Below are positions 1-9,036 of a stretch of DNA of 34,288 nt, one piece after another. Under the pieces are notes generated by a model that did no database searches, had not been told where the DNA came from, and saw nothing but the letters and a program-made list of their open reading frames with translations. Positions within the stretch are counted from its first letter, which is position 1, and each line of letters starts with the position of its first letter. The position numbers were made by a program, and so were the translations under genes. Source of the DNA: Candidatus Heimdallarchaeota archaeon (GTDB lineage Archaea; Asgardarchaeota; Heimdallarchaeia; Hodarchaeales; Hodarchaeaceae); assembly GCA_048881705.1 (NCBI GenBank), contig JBHLSH010000040.1, positions 1 to 34,288 on the forward strand. The letters run 5' to 3'.

Positions 1-2
1 GA

Positions 3-458
3 GTCGTCATAAAGCGTCGTCAGCTCTGGAAAAGACTAATCAATTCTGATTTTCGACCCAAATGGTTTGCAACCAGAATTAAACCACATATGTGGGCTAT
101 TGACGAAATTTACCGGCATATGCTTGGTTCGGAGATTTTTTATATACATAGTAAATTTGGGGAGAGAAGAGTTCTTGAAGAATGGGCTGTGGCAGCCCAG
201 TGGGTTGGAGATAGGCACTTTGGCCTTAAAGAAAGCAAACATTATTCACGAGAAGAGCTTATTAAATTGACTGGACCAATTGCAGAGAAATCGCAGGGTT
301 ATCTCCAGGATTTAACGGAATCCGACCTTGAAAAGCCTGTCGTCGCTCCTTGGGGGGAGGAAATGTCCTTTAGAGAGATAATTCATCATTGTTTTGAACA
401 TGATCTTCAGCATCAAGGTCAAATCCAATTCCTGATTACCTATTTTAGACAGCTCTAG
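3..458 (+). CDS. DinB/DUF664-superfamily protein (5' partial)
   Basis: The frame of track ORF 90..458 is open back to base 3 (VVIKRRQLWKRLINSDFRPKWFATRIKPHMW...), so the gene starts before the window. It has a DinB-type His pattern: IYRHM and HHCFEHDLQHQGQI. Confidence 0.8.
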   Translation, partial: VVIKRRQLWKRLINSDFRPKWFATRIKPHMWAIDEIYRHMLGSEIFYIHSKFGERRVLEEWAVAAQWVGDRHFGLKESKHYSREELIKLTGPIAEKSQGYLQDLTESDLEKPVVAPWGEEMSFREIIHHCFEHDLQHQGQIQFLITYFRQL

Positions 459-574
459 TTTCTTCGCGATTCGTTGCGCAATATTAGGCAAATTCAGAAC
501 TATGATTATCCACCGTCATTAAATGGCTGTAATCTGCCATTTGCATTGGGATATCGGAGGATCAATTAAAAAAC

Positions 575-1654
575 CTATCCTATGATCTTTCCGTGCATCA
601 TAATTTTAGATGGCGGTTTTCTTATAATTTCAATATCCTTTCTGGGATCTTCCGCGAAGAATATTAAGTCTGCATCGGCCCCTTCTTCAATACCGTTTTC
701 GCCCAAGTAGCTTCTTGGTATAGTTGTCGCAGTTGCAATGGCATCTTCAGCTGAGAGTCCAAATTCATACATTTTCAGAATTTCGTTCCCCACAGATCCA
801 TGCGAAAGCATGTCCGTACCAGCCAAAAGAGTCAAATGTTCGTTTGCCAACGGAATAAGATCTTTCATATTATCATTGATGAAAGGGATTTGTTTATCCA
901 TTCCAGTATAGTTTCTTAATAAATTGATAATCGAAAGAGTGGGAGTCCAGGAAATGTGTTTTTGTGCCATCTGATCCAATTGGTTCTTCGATAAGTGAAA
1001 CCCGTGCTCTAAAGTGTCTACTCCGGAATTTATAGCTAGTTGAACACCTTCCTTATTTGTTACGTGAACAGCTACTCTACCACCTATTTTTTGAACAGCT
1101 TTCACTGTTTGGTGAACGTTTTCTTCAGCGAAATTTAATTGAGAATTCGAGAAATCTCCCCCCTTAGGAAAATCAAGAATGATCTTTACCCATTGGAATC
1201 CATCTTTTACCTGATTCACTGCCCTTTCCTCTAGGTTTTCACCTTTAACGGGATCAATAAAATCAAAATAGCCATGTTTGGGAGCGAGGAATGACCCCGC
1301 CGAATGGACAATTGGTAATCCGTCATTTCGTGCGATTTTAAGCGTGCTAGATTCATTCACAGTTCCAATATCTCTTAATAATAGTGTTCCTGATTCCAGG
1401 TGAGCTCTTCTATTTGCTTGCACCAATTCCTTACTTGCTGGATTTAGATTAAAGCCATTAAAATCGATTGTTAGATGAACATGTGCATCCACAAGACCCG
1501 GTGCCGCAAAAACGGGTTTTTCAAACAATAAAGGAGCATCCTGCTTTTCTTTAAACGTAATTTTGTTATTAACAACCCAGAACTCTGTGATTTCGTCATG
1601 GAAAGGAAGTTCATATGCCTTAATTCGAAAACCGTTGGATTCGCTTTTCACCAC
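575..1654 (-). CDS. Amidohydrolase-superfamily metal-dependent hydrolase (prolidase/imidazolonepropionase-like)
   Basis: Complete metal-ligand set: PGLVDAHVH (HxH), WVKI (Lys), VAVH, LEHG, AGTD, plus C-terminal GADADLI. Confidence 0.9.
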   Translation of the reverse strand: MVKSESNGFRIKAYELPFHDEITEFWVVNNKITFKEKQDAPLLFEKPVFAAPGLVDAHVHLTIDFNGFNLNPASKELVQANRRAHLESGTLLLRDIGTVNESSTLKIARNDGLPIVHSAGSFLAPKHGYFDFIDPVKGENLEERAVNQVKDGFQWVKIILDFPKGGDFSNSQLNFAEENVHQTVKAVQKIGGRVAVHVTNKEGVQLAINSGVDTLEHGFHLSKNQLDQMAQKHISWTPTLSIINLLRNYTGMDKQIPFINDNMKDLIPLANEHLTLLAGTDMLSHGSVGNEILKMYEFGLSAEDAIATATTIPRSYLGENGIEEGADADLIFFAEDPRKDIEIIRKPPSKIMMHGKIIG

Positions 1655-2139
1655 GATCTACAAACCCCTATTCATCTATTGAAGTTGAATAAACCTCATG
1701 TTTGCTTAGCAGATTAAACTACTGAATTTTGAGGTATATATAGATTCATGCGGGTCCCTCGATTTTCCCCTAAAGAAAGCCCCTCAAGCGATTATCGGAA
1801 AAAATCGCTGTTCCCAAATGAGAGTAATTTTATTCCTTTCTTCCTAATACCTTTGCAAAATCCATTTTTCGACTTTCGAGGTTGTTTCTCCTTGATCACA
1901 CCTCTGAGGGAGTGTTTAGTTATGGCTGAGCTTGTGGAATTTGTCGGAGATGCCCGAAAACAGCCAAATCAGAAAATCCTTGCCTATGAATAGGAAGGGG
2001 TTCCATAGCGAACCACAACGCTGCCCAAACGGCAAATGTTTGTTTCTTGGGTTTTCCATCCCAATATTGGCATGCGGCTTTTTATCTGAGAAGATTAGCG
2101 ATCTCGAACTCTTCAGAAAATCGACATGGAAATACAGTA

Positions 2140-3096
2140 TCAAGTGGCCCTTTTTCGCGCAGTTAGGACCAAAATTCCTGCAAGTAGCACATATAGAGGC
2201 CAAGCTGGGGTCGTTCCAGAAGTACCAGTTGGTTGTTCTGGAGCTACAGTATTATACATGCTCGGATCGTCATAGAATTTATCGAGCGTGCCGGTAATGT
2301 GGTGAGCGAACATATTAAAAGTGAGATTTACAGAATTATAGAGTAGTAGAGTAGAATGGGGCTCCTTACCACGGTAGTAATAGTGTTTAATCCGCAAACT
2401 AGTCAAACCTTGAGAAAAGTTGTCCATGGCAAGGACATTAGTGCCATATTGACCATAATTGGTTCCGCTCGCCAAGAATAAAGTTTTCGTCCCAAAAAAT
2501 TCCAGATTTAGAAGAGGATCCAGATTATAAAAGTCGGAGGAATTGTCCCAAGTGTCAACTGTAGCAGCAGGATTATACCAGGCCATGCCATCTCCATTGT
2601 ATATTCCAGCAAAGAGGTTTGGATGACGTAGAGAGATCGTTATTGCGCCAGTCCCTCCCATTGAAAATCCATAAACAAACCAATAATGACTGGCGATCTT
2701 TAAAGTGGCATTAGCAGCTTCCAAACATGCAAGAACCTTCTTTTCTCCATTATTAGGAGAATACCAGTCCTCAGGAACACCTTCCGCCAGAACCAAGGCC
2801 AGACCAAACTTTTTTGCTGCTTTGATGATCGAATTTTTCTCCAATTGATCATTAAGAATCTCTTCCTCCGTGAATATCATAAAATGGTTTTCGTGGAGAC
2901 TTGGAAGCACCAAAACCGCTCCCCTAGGATTTGTCGGTGCATAAAGTATGTATTCTTGAGTATCACCATCAACCATTACGCTTTTGAAGGTTATTTCATC
3001 CGTTGTGGGTACAGCTTTACTGGCGGCCAAAATAGGAATAGAAATGACGAGTGAAACAAAGATAATAATGAACAACAAATCTCTAATCGATTTCAT
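2140..3096 (-). CDS. Secreted, C-terminally anchored alpha/beta-hydrolase (esterase-like)
   Basis: N-terminal signal/TM (MKSIRDLLFIIIFVSLVISIPILAA), nucleophile elbow GFSMGG, candidate catalytic His (EPHS), Thr-rich linker + TM + RKR tail. Confidence 0.8.
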   Translation of the reverse strand: MKSIRDLLFIIIFVSLVISIPILAASKAVPTTDEITFKSVMVDGDTQEYILYAPTNPRGAVLVLPSLHENHFMIFTEEEILNDQLEKNSIIKAAKKFGLALVLAEGVPEDWYSPNNGEKKVLACLEAANATLKIASHYWFVYGFSMGGTGAITISLRHPNLFAGIYNGDGMAWYNPAATVDTWDNSSDFYNLDPLLNLEFFGTKTLFLASGTNYGQYGTNVLAMDNFSQGLTSLRIKHYYYRGKEPHSTLLLYNSVNLTFNMFAHHITGTLDKFYDDPSMYNTVAPEQPTGTSGTTPAWPLYVLLAGILVLTARKRAT

Positions 3097-3358
3097 GTCT
3101 TATCCACCCAAGATATTCTTTCAAATTAATGCAATTTGAAAAGGAGTTATGTTTTTTATCTTTTATTACATGTTTAATACGAGGATTTCATTCCTCTCAA
3201 CTACAAACTCATTGAGAGTCATAAGATGAGTCGTACCTAAACAAAGAAATTACTACAGGTAATAGAAGACTGAGAGCCCTAAGATTTGTAACTTTTCTGA
3301 CAATGATCACCATATAAGTCCTAGACAAAGAGAGAACTTTTCTACAATTGGGTTATAC

Positions 3359-4288
3359 TTGGCTTCAGTCCATAATTGTAGGAATGAAGCATGGAAGTGT
3401 TATCAAGATATTCAAGAAAGGGGAATAGAACATTATTTATCGACTCCACTGGTACTCGCCTCAGTGGTAGATTTGCCGGACAATCTGATAGTAGAGTTGG
3501 TTCTGATAGTATTTTTTCTTCTTTTTGCTGGATTGGCTGGTGCAGTTGGAATAGGAGGAGGAGCTCTATTTACTCCATTGTTACTCATTATTGGTGGGTT
3601 GACAGTGTCACAGGCCATTCCAATCGCTAGTGCGACAATTGTTGGGGTCGGACTAGCCTCAACATTTGTGAATGCACAAGAAAAAACCATTAACTACGGA
3701 CTAGCGATAACTCTAGAACCCTTTACCATTATCGGGACAATCATTGGTGTTCAGATCTTTCTCTACGTCCCAGAAGATCTAATATTGTTTCTTTTTGTCA
3801 TACTTATGGTCTTGTTGTCATTTAGGACAAGTTTCAATGCATATGAACTAAAAAAAAAGGCGAACCCCTTGAATGAGAACCTAATAGATATGGAAAATTC
3901 CAATCTCACTCTGAAAAAAACTGAATTCGCCATCATAGGGTCTTTAGTTGCGGGAATGATTTCTTCGATTGTTGGAATAGGAGGAGGTCTAATAAAGGTC
4001 CCCATGTTGAGTGAATTAGGGCTATCGCCCAGGATTGCAAGCGGAACAGGAAGTTTCATGGTATTATTTACTTCTTTGTCGGCTGCACTTCAATTCATCA
4101 TATTTAGTAGACTTGAACCACTCCTGGGCATCGTATTCTTTTCAATGGGATTTTTGGGATCGCTTTTGGGTACGTATATTTCTAGAAAAAGTGGCCAATC
4201 CTATTCCCTGCAGCTCCTCTTGACATTGACAATAATCTTGTCAACGATTTTTATTGTTGGAGAATCACTTTTAGGTTTACTGATATGA
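3359..4288 (+). CDS. TauE/SafE (TSUP) family permease
   Basis: Two internal-repeat motifs GAVGIGGGALFTP and GIGGGLIKVPML, and many TM segments. The true start is probably GTG 3464 or TTG 3473 rather than 3359. Confidence 0.88.
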   Translation: MASVHNCRNEAWKCYQDIQERGIEHYLSTPLVLASVVDLPDNLIVELVLIVFFLLFAGLAGAVGIGGGALFTPLLLIIGGLTVSQAIPIASATIVGVGLASTFVNAQEKTINYGLAITLEPFTIIGTIIGVQIFLYVPEDLILFLFVILMVLLSFRTSFNAYELKKKANPLNENLIDMENSNLTLKKTEFAIIGSLVAGMISSIVGIGGGLIKVPMLSELGLSPRIASGTGSFMVLFTSLSAALQFIIFSRLEPLLGIVFFSMGFLGSLLGTYISRKSGQSYSLQLLLTLTIILSTIFIVGESLLGLLI

Positions 4289-4439
4289 CGTTAGAATTAG
4301 CAGGAGATAACAGATGGTCATTTAAACCTTCATAGACATGCCAAATATCTCTTAATTAAGCATTGAGGTAAAACAAGAAGTAACCTCATAATTTGAAGAC
4401 CGAATGGTTAATTTAGCATGATCAAATAGAAATCTGATT

Positions 4440-5207
4440 TTGATGTTTTCCAAGGAAAAGGTAGAATCAATCGAAATTGAGCATTTGTCGTGGAAAGAGG
4501 CAGAGAAGGCATTTCAGAAGTACAGGATTGTCTTGATTGCCTTAGGGGCGCGAACGAAGGAACATGGTCCTCATTTGCAGCTCAATAATGATTATATTCT
4601 TGCAGAATATTTGAAATTTCAAGTTATGAAACGATTCCCAGTTCTAGTATTCCCTACCTTGCAGTATGGCTATTATCCTGCCTTCCTGGAGTATCCAGGC
4701 TCTGTTTCTCTAAGTCAAAATACTTTTAGAGACCACGTAATTGATATTTGCAAATCAATAGCTGGATATGGTATTAGGAAATTCTATGTGTTAAATACAG
4801 GAATTTCCACTCTTCAACCGTTAGAGGACGCGGCGAACGAATTAAGGAAAAACTGGGGATTTGAACTTCGGTATCTCGACTTAAATATAGTGGATGAAAA
4901 GATACCCACAGGTTTTTTGAGTCAGGAAGGTGGTACGCATGCAGATGAAAGCGAGACTTCTATGATGCTCTTCATTGCACCAGATAAGGTTAAAATGTCG
5001 AAGGCAGTTAAGGACTATGACCCAAGGTTGGATCGGAAAGGGTTAACTAGAAATCCAAAAGGTAATGGCATATACAGTCCGACAGGCATTTGGGGAGATC
5101 CAACCTTAGCAACCGTAGAAAAAGGGAAACTAATTATTGACAGAATCCTGGAAATAATCGTCTCAGAATTAAAACTTCTATCTCAACTGAATATTAATCC
5201 GAAATGA
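4440..5207 (+). CDS. Creatininase/creatinine amidohydrolase-family protein
   Basis: EHGPHLQLNND and GGTHADESETS motifs. The usual NxHGGN segment reads NTGIST. Confidence 0.88.
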   Translation: MMFSKEKVESIEIEHLSWKEAEKAFQKYRIVLIALGARTKEHGPHLQLNNDYILAEYLKFQVMKRFPVLVFPTLQYGYYPAFLEYPGSVSLSQNTFRDHVIDICKSIAGYGIRKFYVLNTGISTLQPLEDAANELRKNWGFELRYLDLNIVDEKIPTGFLSQEGGTHADESETSMMLFIAPDKVKMSKAVKDYDPRLDRKGLTRNPKGNGIYSPTGIWGDPTLATVEKGKLIIDRILEIIVSELKLLSQLNINPK

Positions 5208-5541
5208 GCATCATATTATAATAAAACGATATTGGAGGCCCGAATTTTGGCCTCTACTCATGAGGAGCTAGGAGGTTTCTCTAATATTATTTTAAGAAAA
5301 GGATCAATTAAAATGGCCAAACAATAGTTGCTCGAGCTACCGCAAATAGTGGAAGCTCTTTTGAAGAGATCACCCTCAAAGATAACACTCACTACTACCA
5401 TGACTCAAAATACCGTTAAGGATTAAGTATATCCCAGATCAAAAAAAATAAAAGAAAAAAGAAAATGAAAAAAGGATGTGCAAGCGAATCCTTATTATGG
5501 CTAAGGTCATCAACATGGCGAGATGATTTGGAGGTAAAAAC

Positions 5542-6081
5542 GTGAATAGTGATCAAAGATTGTGGAAAATCGTGCTAGCGGGAGACGGAGCTGTTGGAAA
5601 AACCTCTTTAAGAAGAAGCTACTTGGGCGAGGGGTTCGATGCGGAATATAAAGCAACGATGGGTGCGGATTTTGCCTTATACGACACATCCGTGGGCGAT
5701 ACGCAAATTCGATGGCAGATTTGGGATCTGGCCGGACAACCTGTGTTTAGGGATGTTACAAAGGCCTATTATGATCGGATATTTGGAGGGGTACTGGTTT
5801 ATGATATCACACGCGGTGAAACTTTGGATAGTATTGAGAAGTGGCTAGAGGACCTTTGGGCCAATTCGGGGCGAGAACCTAAAGTTCCTGTGGTTCTTCT
5901 TGCCAATAAAATAGATTTGCGCGAGGAAGGAGGAGAAACAATATCTACGGAAGAAGGAGGAAGTCTGGCAAAACGATTAGGGATCCCAAGGTTTGTAGAG
6001 ACTTCTGCAAAAACGGGTGATGGAGTTAAGGTTGCATTTGAACAGCTGGGAAAAGATATCTTGAAGTATACTCGTGGGTGA
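5542..6081 (+). CDS. Rab-like Ras-superfamily small GTPase
   Basis: G1 GDGAVGKTS, G2 YKATMGADF, G3 WDLAGQ, G4 NKID, G5 ETSAK, RabF5-like LVYDIT. No C-terminal Cys. GGAGGT Shine-Dalgarno upstream of the GTG start. Confidence 0.93.
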   Translation: MNSDQRLWKIVLAGDGAVGKTSLRRSYLGEGFDAEYKATMGADFALYDTSVGDTQIRWQIWDLAGQPVFRDVTKAYYDRIFGGVLVYDITRGETLDSIEKWLEDLWANSGREPKVPVVLLANKIDLREEGGETISTEEGGSLAKRLGIPRFVETSAKTGDGVKVAFEQLGKDILKYTRG

Positions 6082-6174
6082 AATTCGTTACTCAATTAAC
6101 GGTGGAGTCTGAATACACCCATATCCACCAAATTTCAGGATTAGTTACCTTGCTCGTATTGGGAGCGTCTGGTG

Positions 6175-6408
6175 TTAAGGAATTAATGTTGTAGTGAAAT
6201 ACTTTACATAGTGTTTGATAAACCACATATCCTCAATTGTTGGCAACCGCGGCTCACCGCTGACATAAAGTTCACAGCCAGAGAAATGGTATGACTCTGT
6301 TCGTTTTTCTGTCTTGACCACCTGTTTAAAGGTTCCCTTGAAAACGTTGCCGTCAATTGTATAGATGAAATAAGGTTTATCTATTTCCAGTTCCGCCATT
6401 TTTAACAT
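6175..6408 (-). CDS. Small hypothetical protein, possible Sm/LSm-like beta fold
   Basis: 77 aa. The segment KPYFIYTIDGNVFKGTFKQV resembles an Sm1-type strand-turn-strand pattern. Fold assignment is by eye only. Confidence 0.5.
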   Translation of the reverse strand: MLKMAELEIDKPYFIYTIDGNVFKGTFKQVVKTEKRTESYHFSGCELYVSGEPRLPTIEDMWFIKHYVKYFTTTLIP

Positions 6409-6581
6409 CTCAAGCTTTTGCTTGGTATCTTTTTCACAAAGTTTAAAATGACAGGGTTGAAGGAAAAAGCTATTTTTCGGAAATCTGTATTTTGAACGAA
6501 GGCAGGGAAACCCATATGGATAATTTATTCCTCCCTAAGATTAGAAGCTGATGATTCCTCTTGTGATGTGAATCTTGGCCG

Positions 6582-6902
6582 TCAAACCGCTTCTTTAAGT
6601 AAGGCCTTGAGAAAATCTCTAATGGAGCGTACCCCACGAAGACGTGTTTCTCCAATTATGGTCAGGGGGCCCTGTGAACTTAGGTTTGGTGATTCATAAA
6701 CCATCAGAGGGGAATGATTCATACACATTTTTTTTGCCAAATCTAGACGAGATAGAACCAACTTCTCGTCAGAGCCAAGTGATTCTTCAATACAACGCTG
6801 CCCTTTTACAGATCTCATAACTTCAGTGTAGTTGATACTGTCAGAAGGAGAAGAAACTGCTTTTGAATGATTTTTTCGCTTTACCAGGACCTCTATTTTC
6901 AT
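6582..6902 (-). CDS. Hypothetical protein
   Basis: 106-aa ORF with protein-like composition filling an otherwise empty gap. No recognisable motif. Confidence 0.45.
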   Translation of the reverse strand: MKIEVLVKRKNHSKAVSSPSDSINYTEVMRSVKGQRCIEESLGSDEKLVLSRLDLAKKMCMNHSPLMVYESPNLSSQGPLTIIGETRLRGVRSIRDFLKALLKEAV

Positions 6903-6980
6903 GAGGAGATTACCCCCTGGATTCTTAGTTCATAGGAGGGAGATCTAGAATCAATTAAAAAAACCTAAGGAACTAATTCC

Positions 6981-7007
6981 GCTACACGGGGGTTGGAAAC
7001 CCCCAGC
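6981..7007. other. GC-rich hairpin in intergenic region
   Basis: GGGGGTT-GGA-AACCCCC (6988-7004) is a perfect 7-bp stem, extendable by GCT/AGC across a 4-nt bulge. Confidence 0.4.
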
Positions 7008-7169
7008 TTGCCAAGAAGTATACAAAAAACTCCTTTAGCATCTGATAGTCTACCTATTCTGATCTTTTAGTTTCTCTCTTTCAGAAAAACTTGCTTCGCT
7101 ATCTGTTCTCCACAACTCCCCCTTTTTATATTTGAAAACCTTCCGCATATTTAAGGGATTGAAGGGAGG

Positions 7170-7379
7170 GTGCACGATCTTCGGACAATGGTTCAATACA
7201 ATCCATTCGAAGAGGCGAACGAAATGAAACTGAAACTTCGAGATAAACTATGTAATTTACCGGCCCAACTCTCATGGGGAAATTTTATTTGGTTGACTGC
7301 ATGGCTATTAATCCTCTTGGTGACTGTTACCCAAGGCATGGCAAATCCTGCTGGTGGTCCAATCCCTCCTCGCACTTAA
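7170..7379 (+). CDS. Small membrane or secreted peptide precursor
   Basis: One hydrophobic segment (FIWLTAWLLILLVTVT) followed by QGMA and a short tail NPAGGPIPPRT. TATA-like TATTTAAG at 7148-7155. The start could be 7170, 7188 or 7224. Confidence 0.5.
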   Translation: MHDLRTMVQYNPFEEANEMKLKLRDKLCNLPAQLSWGNFIWLTAWLLILLVTVTQGMANPAGGPIPPRT

Positions 7380-7594
7380 ACATGATTTTGCTTCGGTGTA
7401 GAGGATTATCGGCCGATTCAACCATCTCCCTTGCTTTTTTTCTTCCTCAATAAGCATAAAGCCCGCGGACATTCTAATTTATCCAGAAAAGATGGCGCAG
7501 ATTAATCTTGACTGCAGGTATAGTTCATGCTTAATAAGATCTCAAATCTAATAATTTCCCAACCTTTTTACAATTTCCTTGGAGAAAGATCTCA

Positions 7595-9007
7595 TTGTGG
7601 ACTCGTCTTTGGATTATAATCATTCTGCTGGGGATAAACAACATCGATACAGTCACAAGGGCCTCTAATAATAGCGAAATCTCACAAATTACAAAATTCT
7701 CTGATAATATCCTCTTAAGTACCACGGATGATCTCTATCCTCATCACGTGGAGGTGACAATGGCCATCAGCGACCAAGATGCGATTTTTGTAGGATGGAA
7801 AAACGCCCTTACCCATTACGGCCCAGGCGTTCGAGTTAGCTTCACAAGATCATTGGACAATGGACGAAGTTGGTCAGATCCCTTCAATATGCCGCATTTC
7901 AATGGTCTGGATACAAAGCAATCAGATCCGTGGATGATTTGGAACAATGGCGTCCTGTATTATGCCTACATGGATTATATGGGGGACTTCGGGGAGGGTT
8001 TTTCTCAGCTTACAGTTGCTACCAGTTTCGATAACGGTGAAACATGGAATCCAGTAACAGCAAGCAATAATTTGGGCCTTGCAGATAAAGAAACGATTGC
8101 TGTAAGCGATGATGGAACTATTTACGTAGCCTATTCTGATTTTGTGCTTAACAACGAAATCGAGAAGGAATATATGCGTGTAAGCAGCTCAACAGATGGA
8201 GGATTGACGTATTATGAAAAAAGCGTCATAGCGGAGGATGATATCGGATATCCTTACGTTACAACTGATAGTTTTAACCGAGTATATGTAGCATATGTTC
8301 GATTTACTGATGGAAGATGGGGTGATGTTTACCTTAGCTCATCGAACGATGGAGGATTAACCTTTTCTGATGGCAGAGATATTAATCGTGACAGCGAAAA
8401 TGCTACCAGCGACGCTGGAACTGGACTTTCCCGGTTAACTCTACCAAATATCCGGTTTGATCAAAATAATCGATTATATGCTTTGTGGGCGGCAAAATTA
8501 GAAGAGGGCGGAGAATGGGATATATATATCCGTTACTCTGATGATTATGGAGAGTCATGGGGCCCCCGATATCGAGTTAATCCAACAATCGCAGGGATGC
8601 AATGGCATCCTGACATGGATTTTGATTCTGAAGGACGTTGTCATATCGTTTACTACGAGCAAAAGGAGAATTCCTACAAACCATATTACAGGATGATTAC
8701 TTTCCCAAGAGATTCGACTTCTGATCCTATATTTAGTGAGACGATTCCAGTTGCCAATGTTAGTACGCCTGCTCCATATAATAGACGCCCTGGAGAATAC
8801 TTTACGATAAGACTTGACTCAAAGGATATCCCACACGTTGTCTGGTCCGATGGAAGAGAAGGGGAGATGGATATCTATTATAGCCACGGAGTGACACCAG
8901 AAACCTCCGCTACGTCTTTTATTGGTTTTCCTCTCTCAATTGGCGTTCTCATAGTCTTTATCCTAATGACACATCGGAAAAAACGAATAAAAACCATATC
9001 CGAGTAA
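7595..9007 (+). CDS. BNR/Asp-box beta-propeller (sialidase-like) surface protein
   Basis: Five Asp boxes (SLDNGRSW, SFDNGETW, STDGGLTY, SNDGGLTF, SDDYGESW), an N-terminal signal, and a C-terminal TM + RKKR tail. Glycosidase activity is not shown. Confidence 0.88.
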   Translation: MWTRLWIIIILLGINNIDTVTRASNNSEISQITKFSDNILLSTTDDLYPHHVEVTMAISDQDAIFVGWKNALTHYGPGVRVSFTRSLDNGRSWSDPFNMPHFNGLDTKQSDPWMIWNNGVLYYAYMDYMGDFGEGFSQLTVATSFDNGETWNPVTASNNLGLADKETIAVSDDGTIYVAYSDFVLNNEIEKEYMRVSSSTDGGLTYYEKSVIAEDDIGYPYVTTDSFNRVYVAYVRFTDGRWGDVYLSSSNDGGLTFSDGRDINRDSENATSDAGTGLSRLTLPNIRFDQNNRLYALWAAKLEEGGEWDIYIRYSDDYGESWGPRYRVNPTIAGMQWHPDMDFDSEGRCHIVYYEQKENSYKPYYRMITFPRDSTSDPIFSETIPVANVSTPAPYNRRPGEYFTIRLDSKDIPHVVWSDGREGEMDIYYSHGVTPETSATSFIGFPLSIGVLIVFILMTHRKKRIKTISE

Positions 9008-9036
9008 TGATATTCGCCAATTTGGGCGAGAATTGG

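Noticed and set aside
1655-2297. Overlapping short ORFs (1748..1993, 1916..2203, 1932..2297) and a 7-bp inverted repeat AGCGATT/AATCGCT at 1787-1809
   Set aside because: The ORFs are mutually overlapping, have no motifs and partly overlap the esterase. I looked for a stop-interrupted pseudogene or readthrough and found nothing recognisable. The short stem is expected by chance.
7345-7380. GGTGG-TCCAATC-CCTCC looks like a tRNA T-arm
   Set aside because: The loop lacks the TTC consensus, the stem has a mismatch, and no matching acceptor, D or anticodon arms lie upstream. It falls in the coding end of the small ORF.
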